Shown here one piece after another: positions 1 through 13,414 of a stretch of 64,000 nt of DNA. The notes beneath the pieces were generated by a model, which worked only from the letters and a program-made list of their open reading frames with translations, ran no database searches and was not told the DNA's origin. The translations under genes were made by a program, and so were the position numbers. This DNA comes from Felis catus (lineage: Eukaryota): assembly GCF_018350175.1 (NCBI RefSeq), contig NC_058368.1, forward strand, positions 35,466,001 through 35,530,000, written 5' to 3'. How positions within the stretch are numbered: the stretch's first letter is position 1; each line of letters opens with the position of its first letter.

Positions 1-1558
1 AGAACAAGCAATCCTAAAATTCATATGGAACCAGAAAAGGCCCCGAATAGCCAAAGTAATTTTGAAGAAGAAGACCAAATTGGGAGGCATCACAATCCCA
101 GACTTTAGCCTCTACTACACAGCTGTCATCATCAAGACAGCATGGTATTTGCACAAAAACAGACACATAGACCAATGGAATAGAATAGAAACCCCAGAAC
201 TAGACCCACAAACGTATGGCTAACTAATCTTTGACAAAGCAGGAAAGAACATCCAATGGAAAAAAGACAGTCTCTTTAACAAATGGTGCTGGGAGAACTG
301 GACAGCAACATGCAGAAGGTTGAAACTAGACCACTTTCTTACACCATTCACAAAAATAAACTCAAAATGGATAAAGGACCTAAATGTGAGACAGGAAACC
401 ATCAAAACCCTAGAGGAGAAAGCAGGAAAAGACCTCTCTGACCTCAGCCGTAGCAATTTTTTACTTGACACATCCCCAAAGGCAAGGGAGTTAAAAGCAA
501 AAATGAACTACTGGGACCTTATGAAGATAAAAATCTTCTGCACAGCAAAGGAAACAACCAACAAAACTAAAAGGCAACGAATGGAATGGGAAAAGATATT
601 TGCAAATGACATATCAGACAAAGAGCTAGTATCCAAAATCTATAAAGAGCTCACCAAACTCCACACCCGAAAAACAAATAACCCAGTGAAGAAATGGGCA
701 GAAAACATGAATAGACACTTCTCTAAAGAAGACATCCGGATGGCCAACAGGCACATGAGAAGATGTTCAACGTCACTCCTTATCAGGGAAATACAAATCA
801 AAACCACACTCAGGTATCACCTCACGCCAGTCAGAGTGGCCAAAATGAACAAATCAGGAGACTATAGATGCTGGAGAGGATGTGGAGAAACGGGAACCCT
901 CTTGCACTGTTGGTGGGAATGCGAATTGGTGCAGTCACTCTGGAAAACAGTATGGAGGTTCCTCAAAAAATTAAAACTAGATCTACCCTATGACCCAGCG
1001 GTAGCACTGCTAGGAATTTACCCAAGGGATACAGGAGTACTGATGCATAGGGGCACTTGTACCCCAATGTTTACAGCAGCACTCTCAACAATAGCCAAAT
1101 TATGGAAAGAGACTAAATGTCTATCAACTGATGAATGGATAAAGAAATTGTGGTTTATATACACAATGGAGTACTACGTGGCAATGAGAAAGAATGAAAT
1201 ATGGCCCTTTGTAGCAACGTGGATGGAACTGGAGAGTGTGATGCTAAGTGAAATAAGGCATACAGAGAAAGACAGATACCATCTGTTTTCACTCTTATGT
1301 GGATCCTGAGAAACTTAACAGAAACCCATGGGGGAGGGGAAGGGAAAAAAAAAGAGGTTAGAGTGGGAGAGAGCCAAAGCATAAGAGACTCTTAAAAACT
1401 GAGAACAAACTGAGGGTTGATGGGGGGGGGGGGGAGGAAGGGGAGGGTGGGTGATGGATATTGAGTAGGGCACCTTTTGGGATGAATACTGGGTGTTGTA
1501 TAGAAACCAATTTGACAATAAATTTCATATATTGAAAAAAAATAAAAAAAGAAAAAAA
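1..1558 (+). mobile_element. LINE-1 (felid L1_Fc-like), 3' part: ORF2 C-terminus, 3'UTR, poly(A); runs off the window start
   Basis: ORF2 peptide is clearly L1. G-rich 3'UTR tract ~1422-1451, AATAAA 1517-1522, A-rich tail 1535-1558. Confidence 0.97.
2..1309 (+). pseudogene. L1 ORF2p C-terminal region, disabled by an in-frame TAA at 221-223
   Basis: ORF 320..1309 has L1 ORF2 motifs including the CCHC knuckle [18 protein letters not shown]. The same frame upstream reads YG*LIFDK where L1s have YGQLIFDK. The track start at 320 is an internal TTG. Confidence 0.92.
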
Positions 1559-2099
1559 GCATTACATTCTATAATTGTCATGTAGGTTTAACACTTAATT
1601 AGTTAAAAATAAATTTGAAATTGCCCATATTACACTTAAATAACCTGGGAGTATGTTTTAAAATCATTATAAAAAGAAAACTATGTTATTCAACATCACT
1701 TCTAGGATAGAGCCCTATATACAGAAGATACTCAATAATGTTGGCTGGTGATATGCACAATTCTGCCCATTCTACAGACTGTAAACATAAAATTCAACTT
1801 ATTTTTCCATGGTAAGTTAACCTAAACTGGTTACCATTGGCAATTTACATCTATGAAGCCCTCTTCAGGGCAAAAGAAAATTTATGTCAAGCATTTATAG
1901 AGTCTTCTTACTGTCCCCCAAGATTCTGAATACCTAATACTTCACAATGTAATGCAACAGAACATATCCTGCTTAAATTCATTGAAAAAAATTTTTCCCA
2001 CCTGGACATTTTTTTATGTTAAGACACAAGAATCTAGTTTGGAAGATATGATTAAAATGTGGTTGATATCGATAGAAGAAGGGAAGGGCAGAAATCAAT

Positions 2100-2396
2100 A
2101 CTCTGAGAGCTAATAAAGACAAATGTTCTGTGATTCACCAGGGAAGAAATAATGGATGAAAAATTGAATATGATTCAGCAGTGTAACACTGTCACCAAAA
2201 GGCAAATGCTATATTGGATTGCATTAATAGACATATCATGTAAAACAAGCGAGGTAATTTTTCAGCAGCGGCAGTTCTCAACACTATTGGTTAGGCCAAA
2301 ATTAAAAAAGCACCTGTACTTGGGGCCCAAACATTGCACAAAAAGCTGTATAGAGTTCACAGGAGAACAACATACATGAAGAAAAATAAATACGTT

Positions 2397-2442
<46 letters not shown>

Positions 2443-2840
2443 GATAGATAACTAGGAAACATAAAGTTTAAAAAACCAGACTAGCTTTCAGAGATCGAGA
2501 AAAACAAAGCCAAAACCAGATAAGGGAAGACATACTTACTGTAAAATCAAATGCATAAAGGGAACACAATCCAAAAAGAAGATAGGGTTCAGTTGCTTTT
2601 ATCAGACAGTGGGAGAACCAACAACACATGGGTTCCTTGTTTCAGACAATGATTGACATTAAACAGAAAGGAAAATCCCTAACACATAGCCAGGCTTACA
2701 ATGATTTAATGGTATACCTGGGATCCCAGTCATTGGATGTATTCAAAACAATTATTATACTCAGCCTTTCAAAAGTGATCTGGATTGATGAGCACACGGC
2801 TGACAATACCTTCAAATATTTATGGTTGTTTTATGGTCTA
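2100..2840 (+). mobile_element. L3/CR1 LINE 3' fragment, interrupted by (GATA)n
   Basis: Peptides DEKLNMIQQC, frameshifted ANAILDCINR and SEVIF..LLVRPKL resemble CR1 ORF2 (KLNMSQQC..ANAILGCINR..REVIVPLYSALVRPHL). Downstream DNA resembles the L3 3' end. Confidence 0.8.
2397..2450. repeat. (GATA)n microsatellite
   Basis: Direct tandem TAGA units. Confidence 0.98.
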
Positions 2841-2994
2841 TATAATATAACATCTAGGCAGATTACTTACTGAAAGGGCAAAATTAAAAAAAACAGCTAG
2901 AGATATTCAGCTTAAAGTTACAAACTCCAGGGATCGCTGAATCCCCACTTTATAAAAAATAAATAAATTATCTCAGAATAAAAAGATAGGGAAA

Positions 2995-3225
2995 ATATTA
3001 GCTAATTTTATTGAGAACTCACTATATACATCAAGTACTGTCATATATTTTTTACTCAAAAAAATCTTATTTAGTACCCAACAATCATAAAAGCTACATA
3101 CTGTTATTACCTCTGCTTTACAAAGTGGTATACATGGAAATTAAGTAATTTTGCCTGCAAGGTCCCATGGTCAGAATCTGAACTCTGACAGTCTAGCTGC
3201 AGGGCTTAGAGGGCTATACTGCCCC
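2995..3225 (-). mobile_element. MIR SINE
   Basis: Degenerate reverse complement of the MIR core (aaattaagtaattttgcctgcaaggtccc..aatctgaactctgacagtctag). Confidence 0.65.
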
Positions 3226-4579
3226 GCAGTAACCTAGAAATTTGCCATGGACTCTGAAGACACTAAATAGAATGGGCTAGAGTGACAGTATCAGCAGATA
3301 ATAACAGTTGGTGACTAAAGAAATAACCTTATGATGCAGAAAAGAAAATTATAATTAGGAATAAGGACAATTTTATGCTTCATGAATGAAATTAGCATTA
3401 GAGCACACATTGTTAAAAGCTGGGAATATTCTCTTTAAAGACTTTCTAAAAGTCTAAACAGTTTAGATTTTCATCTTTTTGTGATGATCTGTGAAATTTT
3501 TTTTCTGGATATAGGTAGAGTATTATAGTAAGTCCTCCTAAACTCTTCTATAGCATATGATTTACATAAATCATAACATTGCTTTGGAAACATCACACTA
3601 GGGGACTTCTAAGGGAATATTTAATGTCTGTCTAATATAGATTAATTTAATTTTTAATTTCTACTATAGATTAATCTCATTAATAGAGGCAGCTGGCTAC
3701 ATAATCATATCCCCAAATTTTGCATCTCTTGGGTCCCATTGAAAGAACAGACAGTTAGAAATGGGCATAGGAAAGCAATCTAGAACATGGTCATGATTAT
3801 ATCAATTATCTAAATTATATCACTTATACTATAAGCACACCAAAATCAGAAGCATTATTCAAAGATGTATTTATGATATAAGAGTTATACCTGCAAAACA
3901 GACATTACATTCATGCTGCTTCTTATAAAAATCCAATGATTATAAATAACTTCCTCTTGCTATATGGCTTCCAGATATTTTAATATGCCTTGGTATTCTA
4001 TTTCTCTCCCTCCTATTTTTTCCTCCTTCCCTGAACTGGTATCATTGAGAGAATATTTCATTTCTGGACAAAATAATGATCTTACCCTTGATATAGGACT
4101 TCTTTCAACTTTTATCTCCATTACCACTTAGAACATGTACACAGTAGCTCCATTCCACTGGGGATGTTTTCCTACCTGCTCTATTATTCTGTTCTTCCCC
4201 ACTGCGTAAGGATCTTGAAGGACATTTCGAACAATATCATATACTTTCGTGATGGGCTTATTCATCTGCCCATTGTGGATAAAATTGCATAGATAAGTGA
4301 TCATTCCCTTTCTGCTCAAGGAATTTTCTCATTAAAACTCCTATTTTGGAGATTAAAAACTTTTGTCCAATGTAATTTTTAATTCTTACATATAATAACT
4401 GGTGAATTTATGAATTGGACACTAGAGTCAAAAGCAGTATGCTTTTTCTGGATTCTAAATCCTGAGATTTCTCAAAAAAAAAAAATGAAAAAAACCAATA
4501 GCATAGTTTGTATAAAATGCTGTTTCTTTGTTGTTCTTTATTGACTATTCACTAATTGAGAAAACACTGTTCACATCTA

Positions 4580-4785
4580 GCAAGGTTTAGAACAGATAGG
4601 ATCAAATGGTTCAAATATTGATTCTTCCACTTACTAGCTGTATAAATTGACAACTCTTCACCTATTTCTGCACATTTAATGGGAATTATTGTACTTATGT
4701 TGCACGATGACTATGAAGATTAGAGATTGAATCAAATTACTATGGCATCTTGTATATAGCAGATACACAATGAATGATAGCTTTT
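4580..4785 (+). mobile_element. MIR SINE
   Basis: ggttcaaat..ccacttactagctgt..gaagattagaga matches the MIR core. Confidence 0.7.
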
Positions 4786-5344
4786 AAAATCATGTTTACA
4801 ATCTAATTAAATCTAAAGTGCATTAGAAAGCTAAAGAAGAGTCCAAAAGAAGGCATCAGATTGTTGCACAGAAAACCTGAAAGTTGGGATGGGAAGGGTC
4901 TCTTCCAGTATTCCATTCCTATGGGCCTACTTTGTGCTTCTAAGACTCCTTTACTGATTAGATGGCTTCAAGAGGACAGGGTTCTAAACTCCCCACTTCT
5001 ACTGTCAAAGGATCTCAGACTTTAATTGTTTTGTGTATTGGACTTCCACATGAGGTTTTATTTTTTTAAAACATTTTTTTTAGTAGAATAATAATCTTGG
5101 AAGCTATGAGAAGTGTCCAAAATTAAGAGTTGAAATACTAAATTTTTTAAGTATTTGGAAAAAAAATGCCTAATTTTGTCAAGTTCAGGGGTCTCTAATA
5201 TTAGAAGGAAAAATATTCTGCATATGTTAAGAGTCAAAGCAAAGCAAAATCCAATCAAAAGATTTAACCACCTGAGAAAGGATTATAGAGTAATCTAACT
5301 TGTGGAGTATATGATTAGCTGTGGCTTTAAATTTGTGAAGTTCC

Positions 5345-5750
5345 TCAGAGAAAGACAAATACCATATGATTTCACTTATATGTAGAACCTAAAAAAACAA
5401 ACAAAACCAAACAAAATGAAGAAACAAATAAAAAAACAGAACCAGACCCATAAATACAGAGAACTGATGGTTGCCAGAGGAAAGGAGGGGGGGGGGGGGG
5501 AGATGGGCAAAATGGGTGAAAGGAAGTGGGAGATACAGGCTTCCAGTTACGGAATGAATAAGTCATGGGGATGAAAGGTACAGCATAGAGAATATAGTCA
5601 ATGGTATTATAATAGCTTCATATAGTGACAAATGGCAGCTACACTGGTGGTGAGCACAGCATAATATATAGACTTGTCGAATCACTATATTGTACACCTG
5701 AAACTAATGTAACATTGTGTGTCAACTATACTGCAATAAAAAAGAAAAAG
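5345..5750 (+). mobile_element. 5'-truncated older L1 3' end (L1MA/L1_Carn-like)
   Basis: gagaaagacaaataccatatgatttcactt (ORF2 end), 3'UTR gtacacctgaaactaatgtaacattgtgtgtcaactata, AATAAA and A-rich end. Confidence 0.88.
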
Positions 5751-6189
5751 TTGTGAAGTCCCTGTCACATACAATATATAGGGGTCAGTCCATCCCATCC
5801 ACATCACAGACAAAGGATCAGTTGCTTCCTGACCAGAACTTCTGATTGTTAATAACTTTAGCAAACTGAAAAGGCAACCAAAAACTTCACTCTTGAGAAA
5901 TGCACTCTAAAAAACATTTGAGACAACAAAATTGTATCCTTCAGAAGAAGCATCGTTCATGCCATGCAGATTTAGAATTAAATATAGGGCATTTAAGACA
6001 ATCACTCCTTCTTTCCTTCCTTCCTTCTGTCCTTCCTTCAGAAGTCTCTATTAACTATGAGCTAGGTGCCAGGTACTGTCTCTGGGCAGTGTGGATACAT
6101 TCATGAGCAAAACAGAAAAAGTCTCTACCTTTGCAAACCTTGCCTTCTAATCAAGGAATAAATACAATGAACATAATAAATGGGCAGAA

Positions 6190-6585
6190 CTGATGATGCC
6201 AATGCCCTGTTTACATTTCCTCCACACTTAGTGGTTGAAAGCTATTAACTATGAATGAACAACTGCAACTTTCTGCCTGAGCCCCAGGAGCACACTCTTC
6301 CCGCACTGGAGGAAAGGCAGAAATGAGTGATGATGAGGTCCTGAAAATAGCCCTCGACCAATGGCAAAAGGGGTGCTGATACATTATTATCCCAGTGTCC
6401 TCATCTCTTGGTGGAAAGCAATTGAGCCTCAATTGTCCACAGAGATAGTCAGCTTAATAACTTACCTCTCCTTGACTCACCACCCCACTGCTACCTGTTT
6501 TTCTTGGGGTCATCTCCCAAATAAATAATTGCACCCAAATTTTGTCTCAGGATTTGTTTCTAAGAGAACTTGTTTACTTCTAGAC
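6190..6585 (+). mobile_element. ERVL LTR16-like solo LTR
   Basis: 3' end ctcccaaataaataattgcacccaaattttgtctcaggatttgtttct resembles LTR16 U5. Confidence 0.7.
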
Positions 6586-7104
6586 AAGAAAATTGTATAG
6601 TATGTTAAAAGGTGATATCTGCTTTCACAAATACAGAAAATATAAATAAAAATATAAAGCACATTAAGAAGGATCTAGATTAGAAGGCAAGGGACAATGC
6701 ACTAGAAGGCATTTGGACAAAGACTGGAAGGAGGTAAAGGGGTAAACCATGGGGATGTGTAGAGGAAAGGTAATGTAGAAGTCTTGAAGTGGAGTATGAC
6801 TGCTACATTTGAGACTTTGAAGGAGACCTCATGACTATAATAGAGTTTGTAAAGAAGAGAATCATAGAAAATGGGTTATGAGAGAGGTAACCGTTGTAGA
6901 GAGGTATTAAAGATTTTATAAGGTCTTGTAAAGACTGGATGCTAGCCTAAGTGATAGAGTGATATGGAAGAATTTGAGCAGAGGAGTAACATAATCTGGC
7001 AGATCTTAAAGCTTCTCTTTAGTTACTGTGTTGAGAAAAGACTAGTAAGAGTTTGAACACAGAAGCAGGAAGACCAAGTAGACGTCTATTACAAAAATGC
7101 ACGG

Positions 7105-7545
7105 AGCAGTCCATCAACAGATGAATGCATTAATAAAATGTGGTATTTACATTCAACGAAATACTATTTAGCCACAAAAAGGCATGAAGTATTGATACAT
7201 GCTACAACATAATTGAACCTCAAAAATATATGGTAAATGAAATAAGCCAGACATGAAAATTTACAAGTCGTAGGATTTCCTTTATAAAAATTATCCAAAA
7301 TAAGTGAATCCATAGAGACAGAAAGCAGATTCGATTCTAGCGGTCGGGTGGAAGCAGGTTGAGGAAGTAACATGGCAATGTGTGTAGAGTTTTACTCTGA
7401 GATGATGAAAATGTTTTGGAACCAGACAAAGAGTGTGGCTGGCAACATTGGGAATGTACCGAATGCCACTGAAATATTCACTCCAAAACAGTTAATTTTA
7501 CATTATGTGAACTTCATCTCAATTTAAAAAAAAAACAATAACAAA
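7105..7545 (+). mobile_element. L1MB-like 3' end
   Basis: gtccatcaacagatgaatg..aaatactatttagccacaaaaagg..catctcaatttaaaaaaa. Confidence 0.85.
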
Positions 7546-8726
7546 ACTTAAAAAGGAAACAAATACTTGCAAAGAATGATGGTTTGGACCAGAGGGCTAG
7601 TAATGAAAGTGATGAGAATGGTAGGATTGTGGACATATTTTATAGGTGGAGTCAAGAAAATATCAGGACCAGATGTCTGTGCAAAGTTAAAAAGATGACT
7701 CCAAAGTTGGGGCCTGAGCGACTGTAAGAATAAATTTACCATTTAGAGATACGAGAAAATTGCAGTTGGAGCATGCTTAGGATAGAAGATCAAGAGTTTA
7801 GTTTTGAATATAATATTTGAGATGTCTTTTCAATAGTCAAGTGAATTTTGAGATGTCTAGCATGAAGGGCAAAGATTGGGCTAGAATCACACCCATTGCA
7901 TTATTATTTTTGTATCAGTGAATTAGCGAATGATTATTATTTTAAATAAATGTTAAGTTTAAGATAACTTCGTTTATTAGAGTAACACATCAGCCCTGTA
8001 ATTCTGAGTTAAAAGGCATAAGCAGAATTTAAATATATTGATGATTTTAAGTGGAAATTTTAGCTATTATGTAATAAGATCATTTGAAAGAACTTGAAGT
8101 TTTCCATATTTGTAATTTTAATTCATTAAATTTCATAAGAAATTATTAAATTCTTGAGACCTTCCAATCATATCTCTGACACAGTTAAAAAGACAAGGAA
8201 GTGTTAAATCTGTCAGTGAAGTTTAAGACATTCAAAGGTGTAAACACTTGCAAACAGATCTAAATGTTGTTCAAAGGCCCTAAAAAAGTTATTGTAGACT
8301 TATAAACATAAGGTCAATTTTGTAAAATGAACCTAAAAGCTTCAGAAAAAACTAGGCTTCTAAATCTCTAACTGTAATAGATTGACTACCCTTCCTTAAA
8401 AGCAAGTTAACTACTGAGTGGTCTCTTCTACATGCAAAACTGCCCCCAAGAGTACCAACAAACTCACATTCAACAGCTTGCTCTGATGAACAATGAAGAG
8501 GTTGAGTGTCTACTGTCTGGTCAAGCATACATGTGAAAACCAGAGAAATTTTAAATGTGCTTCTTAAAATTTCAAAGCCCAGATTTTCAGGTATTTCCCA
8601 ATTTTATTGATGCCTACCGGAAACTGTGGTTTAATCATGGGTTATTTTGGAAGTTTTAGAACTCTATGTTGCATGTCAAGTTTTTCAGGAAACTCTTTGG
8701 GTGTCCATCTTGTTAAGGTACTTGGT

Positions 8727-8929
8727 GGGGCACATGAGTGGCTCAGTCAGTTGAGCGTCCAACTTCAGCTTAGGTCATGATCTCACCATCCATGGGTTCA
8801 AGCCCTGTGTTTGACTCTATGATGACAGATCAGAGCCTGGAGTCTGCTTTGGATTCTGAGTCTCCCTTCTTCCCTGCCCCTCCCCACTCACACTCTGTCT
8901 CTGTCTCTCTGTCTCTGTCTCTCTGTCTC

Positions 8930-8965
<36 letters not shown>

Positions 8966-8998
8966 CTTCAAAAATAAACATTCAAAAAACATTTTTTT
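8727..8998 (+). mobile_element. SINEC (tRNA-derived carnivore SINE) with expanded CT tract
   Basis: ggggcac..gtggctcagtcagttgagcgtcc head, (CTCTGT)/(CT)n, aaaataaa tail. Imperfect TSD aggtacttgg/aagtacttga. Confidence 0.95.
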
Positions 8999-9199
8999 AA
9001 GTACTTGATGCCTTTTCCTACTCAAGTTGTTTTAACTATTCAGCACCATACATACAAAAAGAAGAAAAGAAATAAAAGAAAAGGGGAAAAAGCTAAAGGT
9101 AATTGAGGGTAAACATTATCTTAATAAAGTGAAGAGTCAACCTAGGTGACACTTTTTCTTTTCAATATGAATAAGGAGTGACTTTAAAGCAATGTCATC

Positions 9200-9400
9200 G
9201 ATTTTCTTAGGTGGCTTGCGTATTGACTTTGAAGGCATTTTTCAAAGGGAAGCTCTAAAATGATCTTAAACAATGGCAGTAATGTTGGTGTAATATAGAG
9301 CTTCCCTATGGGGGCACTTTAAACGACTCATTTGGATATTTAAGTCCTGCTACATAGGCTTTTAAAAAATTCATTTGTGATTACACATTGCATATTTTCT
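9200..9400 (+). mobile_element. MARNA-like non-autonomous mariner fragment
   Basis: aaacaatggcagtaatgttgg..gcttccctatgggggcacttt..actcatttggatatttaagt resembles the MARNA 3' half. Confidence 0.65.
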
Positions 9401-9574
9401 ATAAACTAATTGGTTAAGGAAAGCAATATATGGCAATAAGAAAACTTAAGAGAGAAGCAGGAAGGACATCACTCTAAACACAGTAGGCTTAATACAATTT
9501 ACAGATCAAATATAATTTTGGAGGCCTAAATGATTTTTTAAACACATTTTCAAGGGCTGCTAAAAGCTATACTA

Positions 9575-9795
9575 ATAGTTACCAATATATCTAAGGCTGA
9601 CTACATATAAGGCATTTTACACTACCTATAAATATTCATAACAACCTCCCTGCTAAGTAGACACCACTGCTCCAGTTTTAGAGGTGAGGAAATTGATGGT
9701 CAGAAAAGTTGAATTGTCCAAAGTCATGCCATAAAGCAAGACAAAACCACAATTTGAATTAGTCTGTTCAGTACCATGCCCTGAGTGTGATACTG
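9575..9795 (-). mobile_element. MIR SINE
   Basis: ttttagaggtgaggaaattgatggtcagaaaagttgaattgtccaaagtca. Confidence 0.7.
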
Positions 9796-11152
9796 AATGC
9801 AATACTCTCTAAAAGCAAAGATGCAAATTAGGCAATGTCCCCATGTCCTCCTCCAAGATACGAGTTTATGAGGATATTTATTACTTACCTGCATCTCAAA
9901 TGTTCTCATACAAATCATTTAATATATTTTCTAAATGATGCTAACCTCAAGCATTTCATGTCATCAAACCTGACTTTTAATTTTTTCCTTTTAAACCCAA
10001 CTTATTTCAATCTTTCAAGCAACCTAAATCCTGCATCCACGCATAATAATCACTTTTAAAATCAAAACTACCTCAAACATTACCAAATATATGGACAGTG
10101 ATGAACCTTCTAATAAATGAAGGAAACTTTAGGTTATGATTCACATTTGCACCAAATTCTTATTTGATGAAAAAAAAAAAAGTCTTGTTTTTTATAATGA
10201 CCAAGGAATAGACCTGTAGATTTCCCTTGTAAGGACTCCTTGATGCCAGAGAATATCAGCATAAAAAAGTAATAAAAGAGAGCTCACAAAGATCTAAAAA
10301 GTTTATGGAAAGAACAACTACTTCATAATGAGAGTTTCCAGATCACAAAATAGAAAGAAGAAATCCAACTATAAATCTATATTCAGAGTACAGCGGGGGA
10401 AATAGGATATGAGGTAATTTTTGCTTTACTTTTGAGCAGCACAGATCTTATGAACGGAGGTGCAAGCTATTCAATAACATTTATTGCGAGGCCTAGTTCA
10501 GTGCCTTCCACGGGTGGGCAGTCAATAAATCTTATCTGGAGATGATATTTATGCAACGATAATCAGTCTACTTCAGCACGGCAATTTTGGGGGAGAATAT
10601 TGTCTCTAGTAAGGTTAAGCCTTGTGAAGTTAAATAATAAAAAGAAGGGCAAAGACCAGATGTGGAAAGTATTCAAAAAAGAAATTAAGTTTTATGCAAT
10701 ATTTGCATAAGCACTGGCAATTACAATTCAGAGAAATAAATGCATTTTCAGAAAAATTTGAAACACATTTTGGTAAATGGTAGGGAAAGCATTAAAATTA
10801 TACATGATTCTCTCCCTCTCCATCTTTACCAAGAGCACATACTTATTGACTTATTCAGACAGTGAAGACAAAGATGTGGAAGCCTGGACTTTATTCCAGA
10901 GCAGAGTGCTATCAATTATCCACCACAGAGCACTTTTACCTTTGTTTCTTGACTCTATGTACATGAAGTTAACAAATTATAAGCATTACCCCTGGAGTTT
11001 TGCCACACAAAAATCAAAATAAGTAATTTCATACAATGACTTAATGATTTGGCTTAATTATGTACAATGATTTAAACATAAAAAGTTTAGGTTGATTTTG
11101 ACTTAAGAATCTTTATTTTCCTAGAATGAATTAAAATTCATTATCTCATTGA

Positions 11153-11188
11153 AACACACACACATACACACACACACACACCACACAC
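11153..11188. repeat. Imperfect (CA)n
   Basis: Direct. Confidence 0.9.
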
Positions 11189-11276
11189 TCGCTCATTCTC
11201 AGTGGACACTAAAATGCTGATATTTGAACTGTTCTTGTATATAGGAACGACAGTTTCTTAAACGTGGCAGGTAGAT

Positions 11277-11492
11277 GGGGCTCCTGGGTGGCTCAGTCAG
11301 TTAAGCATCTGACTCTTGATTTCGGTTCAGGTCATGATCTTTCAGTTCATGGGTCCAAGCCCTACATTGGGCTCTGCACGGGCAGTGTGGGTCCTGTTTG
11401 GGATTCTCTCTCTCCCCCTCTCCACTCCTCCCCTGCTCATGCTCTCTCTGTCTCTCCCTCTCTTAAAAATAAATAAACATAAAAAAAAAATT
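11277..11492 (+). mobile_element. SINEC
   Basis: ggggctcctgggtggctcagtcagttaagc head, CT tract, A tail. Imperfect TSD ending in aggtaga on both sides. Confidence 0.95.
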
Positions 11493-12375
11493 AAAGGTAG
11501 TAGGTAGAATTATTTCATTCCATTCACCATAAAGTTACCGAACATATGTCTCAGAAGTTATTGATGTATATTGGACTAAAAAATAAAATGTAAAGTGAAA
11601 AATTTAAATAACCACGGCTGAAACCGTCACCTTAAACAGTCTCAGTTTCTCATTTAATGTTTGTATGACCAGTGAGAAGAAAGCCACATAACTGACAGGA
11701 CCCTCTGTTACAAACCCAAAAAGAAAGAGGTCATGTACCGCAAACTTCAAGTTACCCAACTCCTAAAATCATTTCTATATTAAGGTTTAGTTTTAGCTTT
11801 CTTAAACTTACCTACATCCTTCCTTTGTGCACCCCATAAGCCCAGTTTGAAACTCTACGGTAAGATGTCAGCAGTCAGCTAAGAACAGTAACTTTTACCT
11901 GACCTTCTTACAGAGAATGTTGGGAAGAAGAAAACCCAGCCTGTTGGGGAAGAGAGACAATGACACCTAAAAGAGAGAGATTTTTCTTGTAGTTGGAGGG
12001 ATGGGTAGATGGGTCAAGCAATGGAAGTATAGGAAGTAAACTTTTCAAAGGAGCAGCCATCAGCCACACAGCCAGAAGAGATCAACTAAAAATAAGAGTG
12101 ACATTCTTTCTCTTTCTCTGGGGTTTCTCATTTTACACAGACTACTCTCTGCATCCATATTCCAACTTCATCTCCAACTTTCTTCTGTAAGGAAGTCTGT
12201 ATTCGTGATTTAAATGGGCAAAGTTCACAATAAATCTTTACAAGCAGACAACTGAAGTCTTGGGAGCCAATCACTTTGAAATCCTGGAGAGGACGAAACC
12301 AAATTCCATATTGCATTGACACCAAGCTCAAATAAATCATGGATTTGTTTTTGTGACAACATGTTAGACTCCACC

Positions 12376-12376
<1 letters not shown>

Positions 12377-12420
<44 letters not shown>
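12377..12420. repeat. (CA)n microsatellite
   Basis: About 22 perfect AC units. Confidence 0.98.
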
Positions 12421-12422
<2 letters not shown>

Positions 12423-12500
12423 TAATTAGCAAATTCTGAATTTGTCACACTTTTGTTATTAAGCCTGGCATAAGCACATGTATGCATACACATGTGAAAG

Positions 12501-12507
<7 letters not shown>

Positions 12508-12551
<44 letters not shown>
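12508..12551. repeat. (GA)n microsatellite
   Basis: About 22 perfect GA units. Confidence 0.98.
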
Positions 12552-12553
<2 letters not shown>

Positions 12554-13414
12554 TATAGCCAAACCCACAAACAGATAACCTAAAGAAGACTGAAACACTT
12601 ATTTTTCATTCTTTGTAAAGTTCAAGTGCTTAGTAATTACTAGATAATATATCTGATTCAGGGAAAAAAGTTTCATGTTAGAATTGGGGGAAAATATCTT
12701 TCCATGTAGGGCTTTGTGTGAGTCTAGCTGAATTAGAGATGGTTAAACAAGGGGCATAAATCAAGCAGTGGTCAGTTTAGGAAAATCAGCCAAAACAAGG
12801 TGCAGATAAGTGAGGTATTCAGCAAGACCTTACTAAATATCCATGCTTCATCCATTCAACATTCATAAATAGTGAACACATACAATATTCCAAGCTAAGA
12901 ACTGCTTTCAGGGACTTCACAGATAAATTTGTCAGGCTGGCCAAAGGTGACATATCTGGGAAGCAGAAAACAGGAATCAGAAATTCAGGCTAATGAGAAG
13001 AAAGAGAAGGATCAGATACCTGGTCAAAGTAACGAAGCCAATGAGAGAGCGCGGGCCTCAGGCCACTGGATCTGCCTAGCTTTGCAGAGAGGTGCTCAAT
13101 CTAAATTCAGGAAAATTCTCATATCACAAAGAGGGGAAACTAAAGCTGACCTAAGTCATATTCCATCTTGCTTAGTCCCCCATCGGCCCCTATATCACCC
13201 TACTATCACCCCATCATCCCTCCCATGTCTGTGCATTTCTGTTCAAAGCCCTTATCTTAGGACAAAAAAGACTTCTCAGTGCATTCTTTCCCATCACCTC
13301 CTGCCTTTTCTCTGCTCTCACTCTTCACCCCAGCCAGATGGAAGCAATTTCAGATCTGCACATGCAACATGCTCGTTCACGCTTCCATCCTTCCACCCGA
13401 GCCTCTGTTTGATG

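Larger units (their letters stand above)
6005..7890 (-). mobile_element. L2 LINE split by LTR16-like and L1MB insertions
   Basis: Begins with the reverse-complement L2 tail (gtgccaggtactgt..gatacattcatgagcaaaacaga). L2-like purine-rich sequence resumes at ~6580-7100 and ~7550-7890. Confidence 0.7.

Noticed and set aside
8727..8800. tRNA-like A/B box heads (here and in the other SINECs)
   Set aside because: These are SINEC 5' regions followed by a CT tract, A tail and TSD, not tRNA genes.
9039..9059. REST/NRSE-like TTCAGCACCA
   Set aside because: Only the left half matches; the GGACAG half is missing.
12128..12598. 156-aa ORF on -
   Set aside because: Held open by (CT)n and (GT)n microsatellites (SLSL, CVCV).
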